From the NCBI GenBank assembly GCA_965220655.1, contig CBDCQO010000012.1, forward strand, positions 102,931 through 166,930: a stretch of DNA of 64,000 nt. The letters run 5' to 3'. Origin of the DNA: Dehalococcoidia bacterium. GTDB taxonomy: Bacteria; Chloroflexota; Dehalococcoidia; Lucifugimonadales; Australimonadaceae. The position numbers were made by a program, and so were the translations under genes. Shown one piece after another: positions 46,699-55,472 of this stretch. Below the pieces are notes generated by a model, which was given only the letters and a program-made list of their open reading frames with translations, made no database searches and was not told the origin of the DNA. Position 1 is the first letter of the stretch. Each line of letters starts with the position of its first letter.

Positions 46699-47640
46699 TC
46701 ACCCGCCGAAGTGCGGCATGACCTCCGCCGCGAACCGGTCGTACGTCGGCAGCAGCGCCTCGGGCGTGCAGAGTGCGTTCATGATGAAATGCGTCACGCC
46801 CGCGTCGACGAACGCTTCGAGCGTCTCGATGCAGTCCGCAGGCGTGCCGAGCGGGAGCGTCGCCGGGTCTATCGCCCACGCGTCGTCGCCGAAGCGGTGC
46901 CGCATCGCGGCCTGTACTTCGCGGTACGCGTCGTCCTTCGTCCGCCCCATGCAGAGGTACATGTTGCACGACCACTCGAAGGCCGCCGGGTCGCGCCCGA
47001 ACGCCGCGGCCATCTCCTCGATCGCGGCCTTGCCCTCGGCGTAGCCTCGCGGCGTCATGCCGTTCGGGTGGAACCCGTCGGCCCATCGCGCCGTCCGCTC
47101 CAGCGTATGCCGGATGAACCTGCCGTCCCACATCGCGCCCGTCCAGATGGGCAGGTGCGGCTGCTGTACGGAACGCGGCTCCAGCGTGACGCGCTCGATG
47201 CTGTGGAATGTCCCGTGATGCGTCACGTCCGTCTCGGAGAGCAGCCTGCGCACGAGTGCGAGCCGCTCGTCCGTGATGCCGCGCCGGTCTTCCACGCGCA
47301 CGCCCTCGACCCCGAAGTCGTCGTTGTAGACGCCGCCGGAGCCCAGCCCCAGCACCATCCGCCCGCCCGAGAGCACGTCTATCGAGGTCGCGACCTTCGC
47401 GATCTGGTACGGGGTGTGGAAGGGCAGCACGGCGACGCCGGTCCCCAGCCGCATGTGCTGCGTGCGCTGCGCGACGGACGCCAGCAGGGTGAACGCGTCG
47501 AGCGTCGGCAGAGTCTCCAGTTCCGGGACGAAGTAGGAGCGGTACCCCAGCGTCTCCATCCGCTCGGCGAAATCGAGCGGGCCGATGACGCTCGCCATCG
47601 AAGCCCCGTTGTACTGGACGCCGAATGCGGCCAAGGGCAA
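46699..47640 (-). CDS. Luciferase-like (LLM-class) flavin/F420-dependent oxidoreductase
   Basis: The LLM TIM-barrel pattern (FGVQY...GYRSYFVPE...GRMVLGLGSGG). The proposed start is a TTG directly after the upstream stop. The ATG at 47598 is an alternative. Confidence 0.82.
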   Translation of the reverse strand: MPLAAFGVQYNGASMASVIGPLDFAERMETLGYRSYFVPELETLPTLDAFTLLASVAQRTQHMRLGTGVAVLPFHTPYQIAKVATSIDVLSGGRMVLGLGSGGVYNDDFGVEGVRVEDRRGITDERLALVRRLLSETDVTHHGTFHSIERVTLEPRSVQQPHLPIWTGAMWDGRFIRHTLERTARWADGFHPNGMTPRGYAEGKAAIEEMAAAFGRDPAAFEWSCNMYLCMGRTKDDAYREVQAAMRHRFGDDAWAIDPATLPLGTPADCIETLEAFVDAGVTHFIMNALCTPEALLPTYDRFAAEVMPHFGG

Positions 47641-48171
47641 CTAGCCTGCGGTTGCTTCGAGCGCGTAGGGGATCAGCTCCGCCCCGCGGGCCCGCTTCTC
47701 GCTGCGGATGATGATGGCGGCGCTCCGCTCCCCGATCGTGATCTCTTGGTGCGCCAGGTGCGGCGGCACCACGTCCACGTCGCCCGGCTCGATGCGGAAG
47801 GTGCTGTCGTGGACGACCTCGTCGCCGTCGCGGTGGAAGCGGTTGATATCCTCCGCCCCCTGCACCAGCCCGTACATCGTCCAGATCTCCCCGTGGTCGT
47901 GAACGGTCGTGTGGTGCCCGGCCTCCTTCGCCATTGCGGTGACGAGGAACCCGTAGTCCGGGTCTTCGTAGAAGATCAGGTTGCCGGTCCTCTCGCGCCC
48001 CGTGCTCGTCCGGTCGGTCGCGGGCCAGTTCTTCGCGTGCTCCTGCACGACCGGGTCTGAGGCGAAGTCGCGCAACAGTTCACCCGTCCGGGTCCAGCGC
48101 TCCTCGTCGCTCATCTCCTGCGCGCAGAGCGCCCTGACCTCGCTCACGAACTTCTCTGCTGCTTCCAGCAT
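47641..48171 (-). CDS. Cupin-domain protein (cysteine-dioxygenase-type cupin-like)
   Basis: The ATG at 48171 follows GGAGGAG. The cupin metal motif is around HHTTVHDHGE. The specific subfamily is tentative. Confidence 0.7.
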   Translation of the reverse strand: MLEAAEKFVSEVRALCAQEMSDEERWTRTGELLRDFASDPVVQEHAKNWPATDRTSTGRERTGNLIFYEDPDYGFLVTAMAKEAGHHTTVHDHGEIWTMYGLVQGAEDINRFHRDGDEVVHDSTFRIEPGDVDVVPPHLAHQEITIGERSAAIIIRSEKRARGAELIPYALEATAG

Positions 48172-48190
48172 CGCTCTCCTCCTTGGGCCC

Positions 48191-49288
48191 CTACAGGCCG
48201 TACAGCGCTCGCGGGTTGTCGTACAGGATCTTGGTCTTCGCCTCATCGCTTACGTCGTCCATCTCCTGGAACACGCGGATCGCGTCCATCGCGCTGGAGA
48301 CGTCGGTGTGGCCGTAGTCCGTTCCTATCAGGATGTTGTCCTCGCCGCCGTGCTTCAGCACGAAGGGGATGTCGTCCGATATCTCGCAGGTCACGTACAC
48401 GTTGAAGTGCTTGAGCACGTTCTCGGGGGGCGGGCCGAGGTTCCGCGCGATGAACCGCTGGCGCACCTCGCGCACCACCCACGGCACCCAGTTCGACGAC
48501 GCCTCGACGAACCCCCACCGCAGCGTCGGGAAGCGCTCCGGCACCTCGCTCACCATGATGACGCCGCACTCCATCACCGTCGGGATGCGGAACGGCGTGA
48601 AGCCGCCGCTCCGGTCGTACGGCGACCGCAGCGTCTGGATCATCGCGTTGCTGCCGTTGGAGATGTGGATGGCCACGGCAAGGTCGAGCCGCTCCGCCTC
48701 GGCGTAGAGAGGGTAGAAGTACGGGTCGACGAGCGTCCGCCCGAGCTCTAGGGGACGCAGTGCGATGGCGGCCGCCCCGTGCTCCTTCGCGTAGCCGATC
48801 TGCTCGACCGCCGCCTCGATGTCGAGCGTCGGCATCACGGCGCACCACCGCAGGCGTCCGCCCGCCTGCTGCCACACGTCGGCCATCCAGCGGTTCCAGC
48901 TGCCGCAGAGGGCGACGTCTGCCTCCGGCACGTCCGTCACCGGCTCTATCCACATCGTGTTGTGGAGCACCTGCACGTCGATGCCAAGCTCGTCCATGTG
49001 TTGCAGCCGCTGGGAGACGTCGGAGAGCTCGCGGGAGTCCTGGGTGGAGATGAGGTCGCGCCCCACCTGGGCGGAGAGCCGCTGCAGCTGCTCCTGCGTC
49101 GGCGTGGCGTTGCGGTGTCCCCGCACCTTCCCGCCGATGACCCAGTGCCCCTGGTTCGGGTTGTCGGGATTGACGAACAGCGTTGGCCGGAACTTCTCCT
49201 CGTGCGGGAGGAGGTAGTCCCACGTGTGCTCGGACTCAATGACGTGGGCGTCGCTGTCGATGACCCTGGTCTTCGCGATCGTTGCCAT
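48191..49288 (-). CDS. Amidohydrolase-2 family hydrolase/decarboxylase
   Basis: The VIDSDAHV start motif and IGTDYGH near the C-terminus. 365 aa. Confidence 0.85.
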   Translation of the reverse strand: MATIAKTRVIDSDAHVIESEHTWDYLLPHEEKFRPTLFVNPDNPNQGHWVIGGKVRGHRNATPTQEQLQRLSAQVGRDLISTQDSRELSDVSQRLQHMDELGIDVQVLHNTMWIEPVTDVPEADVALCGSWNRWMADVWQQAGGRLRWCAVMPTLDIEAAVEQIGYAKEHGAAAIALRPLELGRTLVDPYFYPLYAEAERLDLAVAIHISNGSNAMIQTLRSPYDRSGGFTPFRIPTVMECGVIMVSEVPERFPTLRWGFVEASSNWVPWVVREVRQRFIARNLGPPPENVLKHFNVYVTCEISDDIPFVLKHGGEDNILIGTDYGHTDVSSAMDAIRVFQEMDDVSDEAKTKILYDNPRALYGL

Positions 49289-49307
49289 CAGCGCCTCCTT
49301 CTCGATT

Positions 49308-50561
49308 CTACATGCGGTTCTGCCAGCCCGCGCGGGCGAACGGCAGCGTGAACATGACTACTCCCAGCGCCGCCGCGCTTATCCCCGCGATGTACCAGAA
49401 CAGCGACTCGAATCCCCAGGTGTGCACGACGAAGCCGACCAGCAGCGGGCCGATGCCCGTGAAGATGAAGTTCGCTCCGTCCAGCACACCCAGCGTCGAC
49501 CCTTCCAGTTTGCGCCCGTGAGCGATGTCCAGCGCCCACGTCTGCACCAGCGGATTGACCACGAAATTGAACGCCCCCATCACCCCGACGAGCAACGTAA
49601 ACATGACGCCGGCGCCGGAGAGCGCGAGGAGCACGGCGATCGCCACCTTGGCGGTCAGCGCGATGACGATGACGGGCATGCGGCCGATGCGGTCGGACAG
49701 GTACCCGAAAGCGGGGTTGGTAATGGTGCCCATGGCCGTTAGCAGGGCGAGATGGAACCCGATCCCGATCTCGCTCATGCCCAGGTGTTCCGACAGGTAC
49801 AGCGGCAGCCACAGGAAGAGACCGCCCTGCCCGAACCCCGCTACCGCCTTGATGAGGATGAGCAGCGTGAGGATCCTGCCGTTGTCCTTGAACAGTCCCT
49901 TGAGTTCACCCAGTTGCGCGCCGATCGGGCGGGATTCCCCTCTCGAACGCGCGCCGACGTTCTGGAACGCCTCCGACCGCCGGAGGAGGGTCCAGAGGAA
50001 GAACATGAACAGGAGCGCCAGCGGGAACGCTGCGAGGAATATCTGTTGCCAGAGCAGGTACGCCAGGAGGAATCCAGCCAGGAGCGGGCCGGCTGTGTCT
50101 CCTATCGACCCGGCCGAGCGGTCGACCGAGATCATGAACCCCCTGCGCTTCGGGTATATCTGGGAGAGCAGCCCGCGTGCAGTGGGATGCCATATCGACC
50201 CGGCGATGGAGGCTACCATCAGGGCCCCCAGTATCAGCACGTAGGTCGGTGCGGCGCCCACCAGGAAGTATCCCAGACCCATGGCGGTGAGGCTCAGGTA
50301 GAGGATCAAGAGGCGCCTGTGCTGCAGGCGGTCCACCAGGAAGCCGCCCACCGTCGAAGAGACTCCGCTGCCGACCTGTCGCACGGTTCCGACGAGGCCC
50401 GCCGTTATCGGGTTGAGCCCCAACGCTGCGTAGATGGTCGGCAGTATCACCCAGAACGCGTGTCCGTACAGGTGCTGCAGCGTATGGCTGGTGATGACGG
50501 CGCCTGCCGCCACGTGGTCGCGTAGCTCGGGCTCGGTGGAGACTGCGGTTGCTGTGGCCAT
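49308..50561 (-). CDS. MFS transporter
   Basis: 417 aa with a ~12-TM pattern. It heads the minus-strand amidohydrolase-cupin-LLM string. Confidence 0.85.
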   Translation of the reverse strand: MATATAVSTEPELRDHVAAGAVITSHTLQHLYGHAFWVILPTIYAALGLNPITAGLVGTVRQVGSGVSSTVGGFLVDRLQHRRLLILYLSLTAMGLGYFLVGAAPTYVLILGALMVASIAGSIWHPTARGLLSQIYPKRRGFMISVDRSAGSIGDTAGPLLAGFLLAYLLWQQIFLAAFPLALLFMFFLWTLLRRSEAFQNVGARSRGESRPIGAQLGELKGLFKDNGRILTLLILIKAVAGFGQGGLFLWLPLYLSEHLGMSEIGIGFHLALLTAMGTITNPAFGYLSDRIGRMPVIVIALTAKVAIAVLLALSGAGVMFTLLVGVMGAFNFVVNPLVQTWALDIAHGRKLEGSTLGVLDGANFIFTGIGPLLVGFVVHTWGFESLFWYIAGISAAALGVVMFTLPFARAGWQNRM

Positions 50562-50647
50562 CGTTCCTCCGCTGCCATCGCTCTGGGAACTGCACTCTAC
50601 AACTCGGCGATTGTACTACCACCAACAACTTGCTGCGGACAGGGGGT

Positions 50648-50826
50648 GTCATGCTGAGCGGAGCGCAGCGGAGTCCCGCGCTTTAGCGCGCAGCATCCTC
50701 TCGGATCCCCTCTCCCGTGAGGGGAGAGGGTTAGGGTGAGGGTGAACCGGTGGGGAGCGGAGTGTGGGGCGTGGGCTGCCTTGCCCCCCTCGTCTTTTGG
50801 GAGAGGGGGCGGGGGTGAGGATTGGG
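50648..50826. repeat. Cluster of three intergenic palindromic repeat units
   Basis: Unit 1 (50648-50696): GTCATGCTGAGCG...CGCGCAGCAT. Unit 2 (50707-50745): CCCCTCTCCC-gtga-GGGGAGAGGG + TTAGGGTGAGGGTGA. Unit 3 (50783-50826): GCCCCCCTC-gtcttttgg-GAGAGGGGGC + GGGGGTGAGGATTGGG. Confidence 0.55.
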
Positions 50827-50838
50827 ACGGTTGACGGC

Positions 50839-52101
50839 TCAGCTCTGGTACCGCACGAGGTCGCGCACCGCGAGCAGCGCAATGACCAGCGTTGCCGTGC
50901 CGATGGCTGCGCCGATAAGGAGCGCGTTCGGCGCGAGGAATGCAGCCGCCATCGCGCCGACGATCACCTGCCCCAGCGACGGCCCGCCCCGGTTGGAGAG
51001 CTGTAGCACTGCGGTCGTGCGGCCTCGTATGTCGTCCGGCACCGCCATCTGCACGATCGTCGAGCGCATGATCGCCCCGATGCCGTCCGTGGCCCCCACC
51101 AGCGCAAGCGCCGCGAGGGAAAGCAGGAAGTTGGTCGACAGGGCGAACAGCGCCATGGACACGAGATAGGCGGCGTAGGAGCCCACCACCATCGCGCCCT
51201 TGTACTTGAAGTCGCCGAGGAGCAGCAGGACGCCGGAGCCGACCAGGAAACCCGCCGCCGGAGCGGAGAAGAGCAGGCCGTAGCCGAACGGACCGGCGTC
51301 GAGGATGTCCTTGAATATGGGCATGATGCCCCGGTGATGCGTGAACAACATCGCGACGACGTCCAGTAGCAGCATCACGAGTATCGTGTGGGTGCTGAAC
51401 ACGAAGCGGAACCCCGCGAGCATGGAGTCCACGCTCATGCGCCGCCGTCCGCCCGAAGCGTCGGGCGGCATCGGGCTCACGAGGAACAGCGCGCCGATGG
51501 TGGGGATGAACACCACGAAAACTGCCGCGTAGGTCCAGCCCGGCCCGACGAACCCGATGAGCAGCCCGCCGATGGCCGGGCCGATGAGCATGGAGGCGTG
51601 GCGTGCCGCCTGGTTCATCGTGATGGCGTTCATCATGTAGTGCCGCGGCACGAGGCGGGGCAGCATCGCCATCCGTGCAGGGCCCTCGAACGTATTCACT
51701 GCGGACGTGACGAGCGTGGTCATGTAGATGTGCCACACCGCGATGTTGTCCGTGAGCATCAGCGCCGCGAGGACGCCTGCGAGCGCGAAGTTGCCCGTCT
51801 GCGTCAGGATGAGCAGCGTCCGTCGGTCGACGATGTCCGCTATCGACCCGCCGATGAACACGAGGATGAGCATCGGCGCGAACTGGAAGATGCCCAGCAG
51901 GCCGAGGCTGAGCGGGTTCCCCGTGAGCTCCCAGATCACCCACAGGTTCGTGACCTGCCGTATCTGGAAGCCCATGAACCCGACGACGAAACTGATGAGC
52001 ACCCACCGGAAGTCGGCGAATGCAAGCGAGCCCCACGGCCTGATCCTGGCGGCAGGGGCGGGCTCAGCAGTTTCTGTCCGTCGGTCTGGAGGGTCGGTCA
52101 C
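50839..52101 (-). CDS. MFS transporter (EntS/MFS_3-like)
   Basis: 420 aa with 12 TM. The N-terminal FADFRWVLISFVVGFMGFQI pattern is typical of this MFS subgroup. Confidence 0.85.
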   Translation of the reverse strand: MTDPPDRRTETAEPAPAARIRPWGSLAFADFRWVLISFVVGFMGFQIRQVTNLWVIWELTGNPLSLGLLGIFQFAPMLILVFIGGSIADIVDRRTLLILTQTGNFALAGVLAALMLTDNIAVWHIYMTTLVTSAVNTFEGPARMAMLPRLVPRHYMMNAITMNQAARHASMLIGPAIGGLLIGFVGPGWTYAAVFVVFIPTIGALFLVSPMPPDASGGRRRMSVDSMLAGFRFVFSTHTILVMLLLDVVAMLFTHHRGIMPIFKDILDAGPFGYGLLFSAPAAGFLVGSGVLLLLGDFKYKGAMVVGSYAAYLVSMALFALSTNFLLSLAALALVGATDGIGAIMRSTIVQMAVPDDIRGRTTAVLQLSNRGGPSLGQVIVGAMAAAFLAPNALLIGAAIGTATLVIALLAVRDLVRYQS

Positions 52102-52382
52102 GCACGCTCCTGTACGAAAGGCGGCCTGTGCGGTGCATCTCCCGCATCCGCCGCATCGAACCGGCCGGCGGTCGGGGAGCGTCCCTATGTTAAGGCATGC
52201 AGCGTTGGGCGTAGCGCAAGCCGCTGCGCGTGTGACATCCGCCTCTTACGCGATGCCGCTCCCATCCGCTACGCTGGGCGTATGACCTGCGCCGCTGCCC
52301 CGACTCATAGACAGGATCTATGGCTGACTGGCCAGGGTATAGAAAGGGTCTATGCCAACGGAGGCAACTTGTGAAAAAGAGG

Positions 52383-52530
52383 GGAATCTTGGTTTCTTGG
52401 TCGCGGGAAGCAGGCCACGGCCTTGAAAATGCCCCGACCAAGGCGACCAAGGATGCCAGATTCGCCCGCCCGATTACTCGTAAGGAACCGACCAAGATTC
52501 CAGAATTCAGGCCCCGATGGAATCTTGGTC
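52383..52530 (+). promoter_or_regulatory. Six copies of a CTTGGT(C)/(G)ACCAAG core arranged as two long inverted repeats upstream of the TAXI-like gene
   Basis: GGAATCTTGGTttCTTGGTCG (52383-52403). CGACCAAGG CGACCAAGG (52435-52452). GACCAAGATTCC (52490-52501) and its perfect complement GGAATCTTGGTC (52519-52530) are 17 nt apart. The second arm ends about 15 nt before the SD. Confidence 0.45.
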
Positions 52531-52558
52531 TGACCACCGGCTCCCCGAGGAGGACACC

Positions 52559-53515
52559 ATGACCCAGCAGTCTGTACCCGCTATCCGGTTCGGAACGTCG
52601 TGGTCGACGCAGTTCCGGTTCACGCAGGCCATAGGCCGCGGGCTCAGCGAGTTGAAGCACATCGATGCCACGGTGCACGTCCTGAGGCCCGGAGGCGTGG
52701 GCGCGCTGGCCGACGGCACGATCGACGTGGTCTTCTCCAAGTGGGTGGTCAACGAGCACCGCTACTCGGGCAAGGGCATCTTTGCCGGGGAGAAGCCTGA
52801 CGACTGGCTGCGGACCATCGCGTGGCTCCCACAGGAGGACCGCTTCCTCTTCGCGATGGCGCCGTGGACGGGCATCGAGTCGTTCGAGCAACTCGTTGAG
52901 GAGAAGCCGGTGCTGCACATGGCCGGCAGCGGCGCCGAGGTGGTGCTCCGGGAGCACGGCTTCAGCTATGCCGACATCGGGAAGTGGGGAGGCTCGGTGA
53001 GTCACATGGACCACACGGCGCGCGCTGCCAGGGCGCGTTACGACGCCGGGCAGCTCGACGCGTTCTGGGGCGACGGCAGCGCCTACGACTTCTCGGCCTG
53101 GCCCTGGGTGGGGTCGCGCGGCTATCGCTTCCTTGACATCAGCGAGGAGGTCATGCAGCGGCTGGAGGCGAAGGGCCTGCGCCGCCAGGTGACGCCCGCG
53201 GGTTTCGTGCCCGGTATCGACCGGACGCTCACCGCGCTGGACGACTCGCACATCGTGCTGACGTGCCGCGCCGACCTCGATGACGAGCTCGCCTACCTGC
53301 TGGCGAAGGCGATAGACGACAACAAGCGCGACATCGAACTCACCTCGATCCAGATCGACTACGACAACGGCGAGGCCGGAGGCCTCCCGATGATCAGGCC
53401 GACGTACTGGTCGTCCCTCACGGGGCCTATCGGCCGCCAGTGGGACGAGGCCATCACCGGCGCCCCGCTCCACGACGGCGCGAGGCGCTACTACCGGGAG
53501 CAGGGATACCTGTAG
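52559..53515 (+). CDS. TAXI-family (TRAP-associated) solute-binding-protein-like protein with no signal peptide
   Basis: The ATG at 52559 follows GAGGAGG. The overall pattern (IRFGTS..., GTIDVVF, LAKAIDDN) resembles TAXI/NMT1-type receptors. The family call is from memory. Confidence 0.6.
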   Translation: MTQQSVPAIRFGTSWSTQFRFTQAIGRGLSELKHIDATVHVLRPGGVGALADGTIDVVFSKWVVNEHRYSGKGIFAGEKPDDWLRTIAWLPQEDRFLFAMAPWTGIESFEQLVEEKPVLHMAGSGAEVVLREHGFSYADIGKWGGSVSHMDHTARAARARYDAGQLDAFWGDGSAYDFSAWPWVGSRGYRFLDISEEVMQRLEAKGLRRQVTPAGFVPGIDRTLTALDDSHIVLTCRADLDDELAYLLAKAIDDNKRDIELTSIQIDYDNGEAGGLPMIRPTYWSSLTGPIGRQWDEAITGAPLHDGARRYYREQGYL

Positions 53516-53527
53516 CCGACGGCGCGC

Positions 53528-54058
53528 TTACTGTTCGGTGGGACGTTTCATGGCCATCGGCAGCCCCGCGGCCATGAAGTACACCGCGTCCGCCTCCTCG
53601 GCCACGAGCTGGTTCACACGGCCCAGTTCATCGGCAAAGATGCGCCCTAACTCGGTCGGGGGCACCACGCCGAGCCCAACCTCGTTGCTGACGACAATCC
53701 AGGAGGCGTCGCCCTGCCGGTACACCTCCAGCAACCGTCGGGCCTCCGCAGAGATGTCGTAGCTCCGGCTACTCAGCAGCAGGTTGCTTACCCACAGCGT
53801 CAGGCAGTCGAGCAACACCGTGTCGTAGCGGTGCTGCATCGGCGCAAGCACGCCCACCAGGTCGAGCGGTTCTTCGAGGGTGTCCCACTCTGCGGGACGG
53901 CTCGCCTGGTGCGCCAGGATGCGCCCCTCCATCTCGGCGTCGCCCGCCTCGGCGGTTGCCACGAAGAGCACCCGCTTGCCGCTCTCAGCCAGCCGCTGGG
54001 CGTAGCTGCTCTTCCCAGCACGCACTCCGCCCAGGATGAGCGTCAGCCGTTTGCTCAT
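53528..54058 (-). CDS. cobU: Adenosylcobinamide kinase / adenosylcobinamide-phosphate guanylyltransferase
   Basis: P-loop LILGGVRAGKSS. 176 aa. ATGA overlap with cobC. Confidence 0.9.
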   Translation of the reverse strand: MSKRLTLILGGVRAGKSSYAQRLAESGKRVLFVATAEAGDAEMEGRILAHQASRPAEWDTLEEPLDLVGVLAPMQHRYDTVLLDCLTLWVSNLLLSSRSYDISAEARRLLEVYRQGDASWIVVSNEVGLGVVPPTELGRIFADELGRVNQLVAEEADAVYFMAAGLPMAMKRPTEQ

Positions 54059-54705
54059 GCCCCCACTCCCATATCGCCGGAGGCGCAAGGGACCTCGTTC
54101 CAGAGTTCCAGGACGCGTCCGTCGGCATGGTTGCTGACGACGGAGAGACTGCCGCGATCGATCCTGAACCGCCAGAACCGGTCGTCCGCCAGCCCCAGCA
54201 GGCAGACGAGTAGCGCGCGTATCGACCCTCCATGCGCCACGATCAGCACGTTGTCGGTGGGCTGATGGCGCCCCACCGCGTGCTCGTAGAACCGCCGCAC
54301 CCGGCGCAGCAACTGTCGGGTGTCCTCGCCTCCGGGAGCCGCGAACGCATCGGCGTCCAGCGCCATCCGGCGGGCGTAGGACTCCGCATCCCGTGCCTCG
54401 GCTTCCTCCGCCGTCAGCCCTTCCCACTCCCCGTACGAGAACTCGCGGAGGTCGGGGTCAGCTTCGATAGGGATCCCGCTATCCTGCATGATTACCCGCG
54501 CGCTCTCCACGGTGCGCGACAGGTCGCTGGCATAGACCGCGGCGAATCTGCATCCGGCGAGCCTCTCCGCCAGTGCATGCATCTGTCGCCTGCCGTGGTC
54601 GTTCAGCCCCACGTCAGTGTGACCGTGGATGCGTCCTTCTCTGCTCCACTCCGTCTCACCGTGGCGTACCAGGTACCAGCGGCCCGCCCCATCGTTCTGT
54701 GTCAC
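54055..54705 (-). CDS. cobC: Alpha-ribazole phosphatase (histidine phosphatase family)
   Basis: LVRHGETEWS motif. The GTG at 54705 overlaps the cobS stop (GTGA). Confidence 0.8.
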   Translation of the reverse strand: MTQNDGAGRWYLVRHGETEWSREGRIHGHTDVGLNDHGRRQMHALAERLAGCRFAAVYASDLSRTVESARVIMQDSGIPIEADPDLREFSYGEWEGLTAEEAEARDAESYARRMALDADAFAAPGGEDTRQLLRRVRRFYEHAVGRHQPTDNVLIVAHGGSIRALLVCLLGLADDRFWRFRIDRGSLSVVSNHADGRVLELWNEVPCASGDMGVGA

Positions 54706-55472
54706 TGCATCCCCCACAGCAGCGCTTGGAACAACCCTGCAGCCAGGTGGAACAGTGCTATGCCTGTCAGGAGCACGACCACCTCTCCCACTTCGTTCAC
54801 CGCCCCGTAGGTGTCGCCGGTCATGCCTCCCAACAACCCGGTGACCCACCGCCCCATCGCCAAGGCTATGGCGATGACCGCACCCAGCAGCACCAGCCCC
54901 GCGAGCCCGCTCAGCAGCGCACCTGCGGTGGCTGCGGTGGCAAAGCCGAATGCCATCTGCCACCTGCGGCGTCCCTCCTGGAACGACGTGCCGAGTCCCT
55001 GCTCCCGGGCGTACGAGAAGGCGCCCATCGCCGCCAGCATCCCGAACCGCGACAGGCATGGGAACAGCATGAGCAGGGCGGTGCGTTCCTCGTCTGGAAT
55101 GCCCGCGATGAGGCTCCACTTCAGCAACAGCAGGCTCGCGCCGCCCAGCACCGCGAACGCGCCGACGTGTGGGTCGCGGAGTATCTCCAGCCGCTTGGCG
55201 CGGTCGTAGCCGCCGAACAGCCCGTCGCACACATCGAGGAACCCCTCAGTATGGATGGCCCGCGTCAGCACCAGCATCGCGACGACCAGCAGCGCGCTTA
55301 TCACCGGCGGTGGCAATGCTTGCCCCAGCACGAGGTCGATGCACGCAAGTATGCCGCCGAGCGCCAGCCCTACGAGCGGGAAGTACGCGCGGGCAGGCCC
55401 CATCCGTGCATCACCACCGGGTGCGACCGGCAGCACCGTGAGGAATCCGATGGCCTGCCGCAAGCCGTTCAA
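54702..55472 (-). CDS. cobS: Adenosylcobinamide-GDP ribazoletransferase (cobalamin synthase)
   Basis: MNGLRQAIGFLTVLPV start, polytopic, 256 aa. Confidence 0.9.
   Translation of the reverse strand: MNGLRQAIGFLTVLPVAPGGDARMGPARAYFPLVGLALGGILACIDLVLGQALPPPVISALLVVAMLVLTRAIHTEGFLDVCDGLFGGYDRAKRLEILRDPHVGAFAVLGGASLLLLKWSLIAGIPDEERTALLMLFPCLSRFGMLAAMGAFSYAREQGLGTSFQEGRRRWQMAFGFATAATAGALLSGLAGLVLLGAVIAIALAMGRWVTGLLGGMTGDTYGAVNEVGEVVVLLTGIALFHLAAGLFQALLWGMQ

Noticed and set aside
52320-52562. An 80-aa Lys/Arg-rich plus-strand ORF in the leader of the TAXI-like gene.
   Set aside because: It has low GC3 and no SD, and it is built from the CTTGGTC repeat units. The region is better explained as regulatory DNA or RNA.
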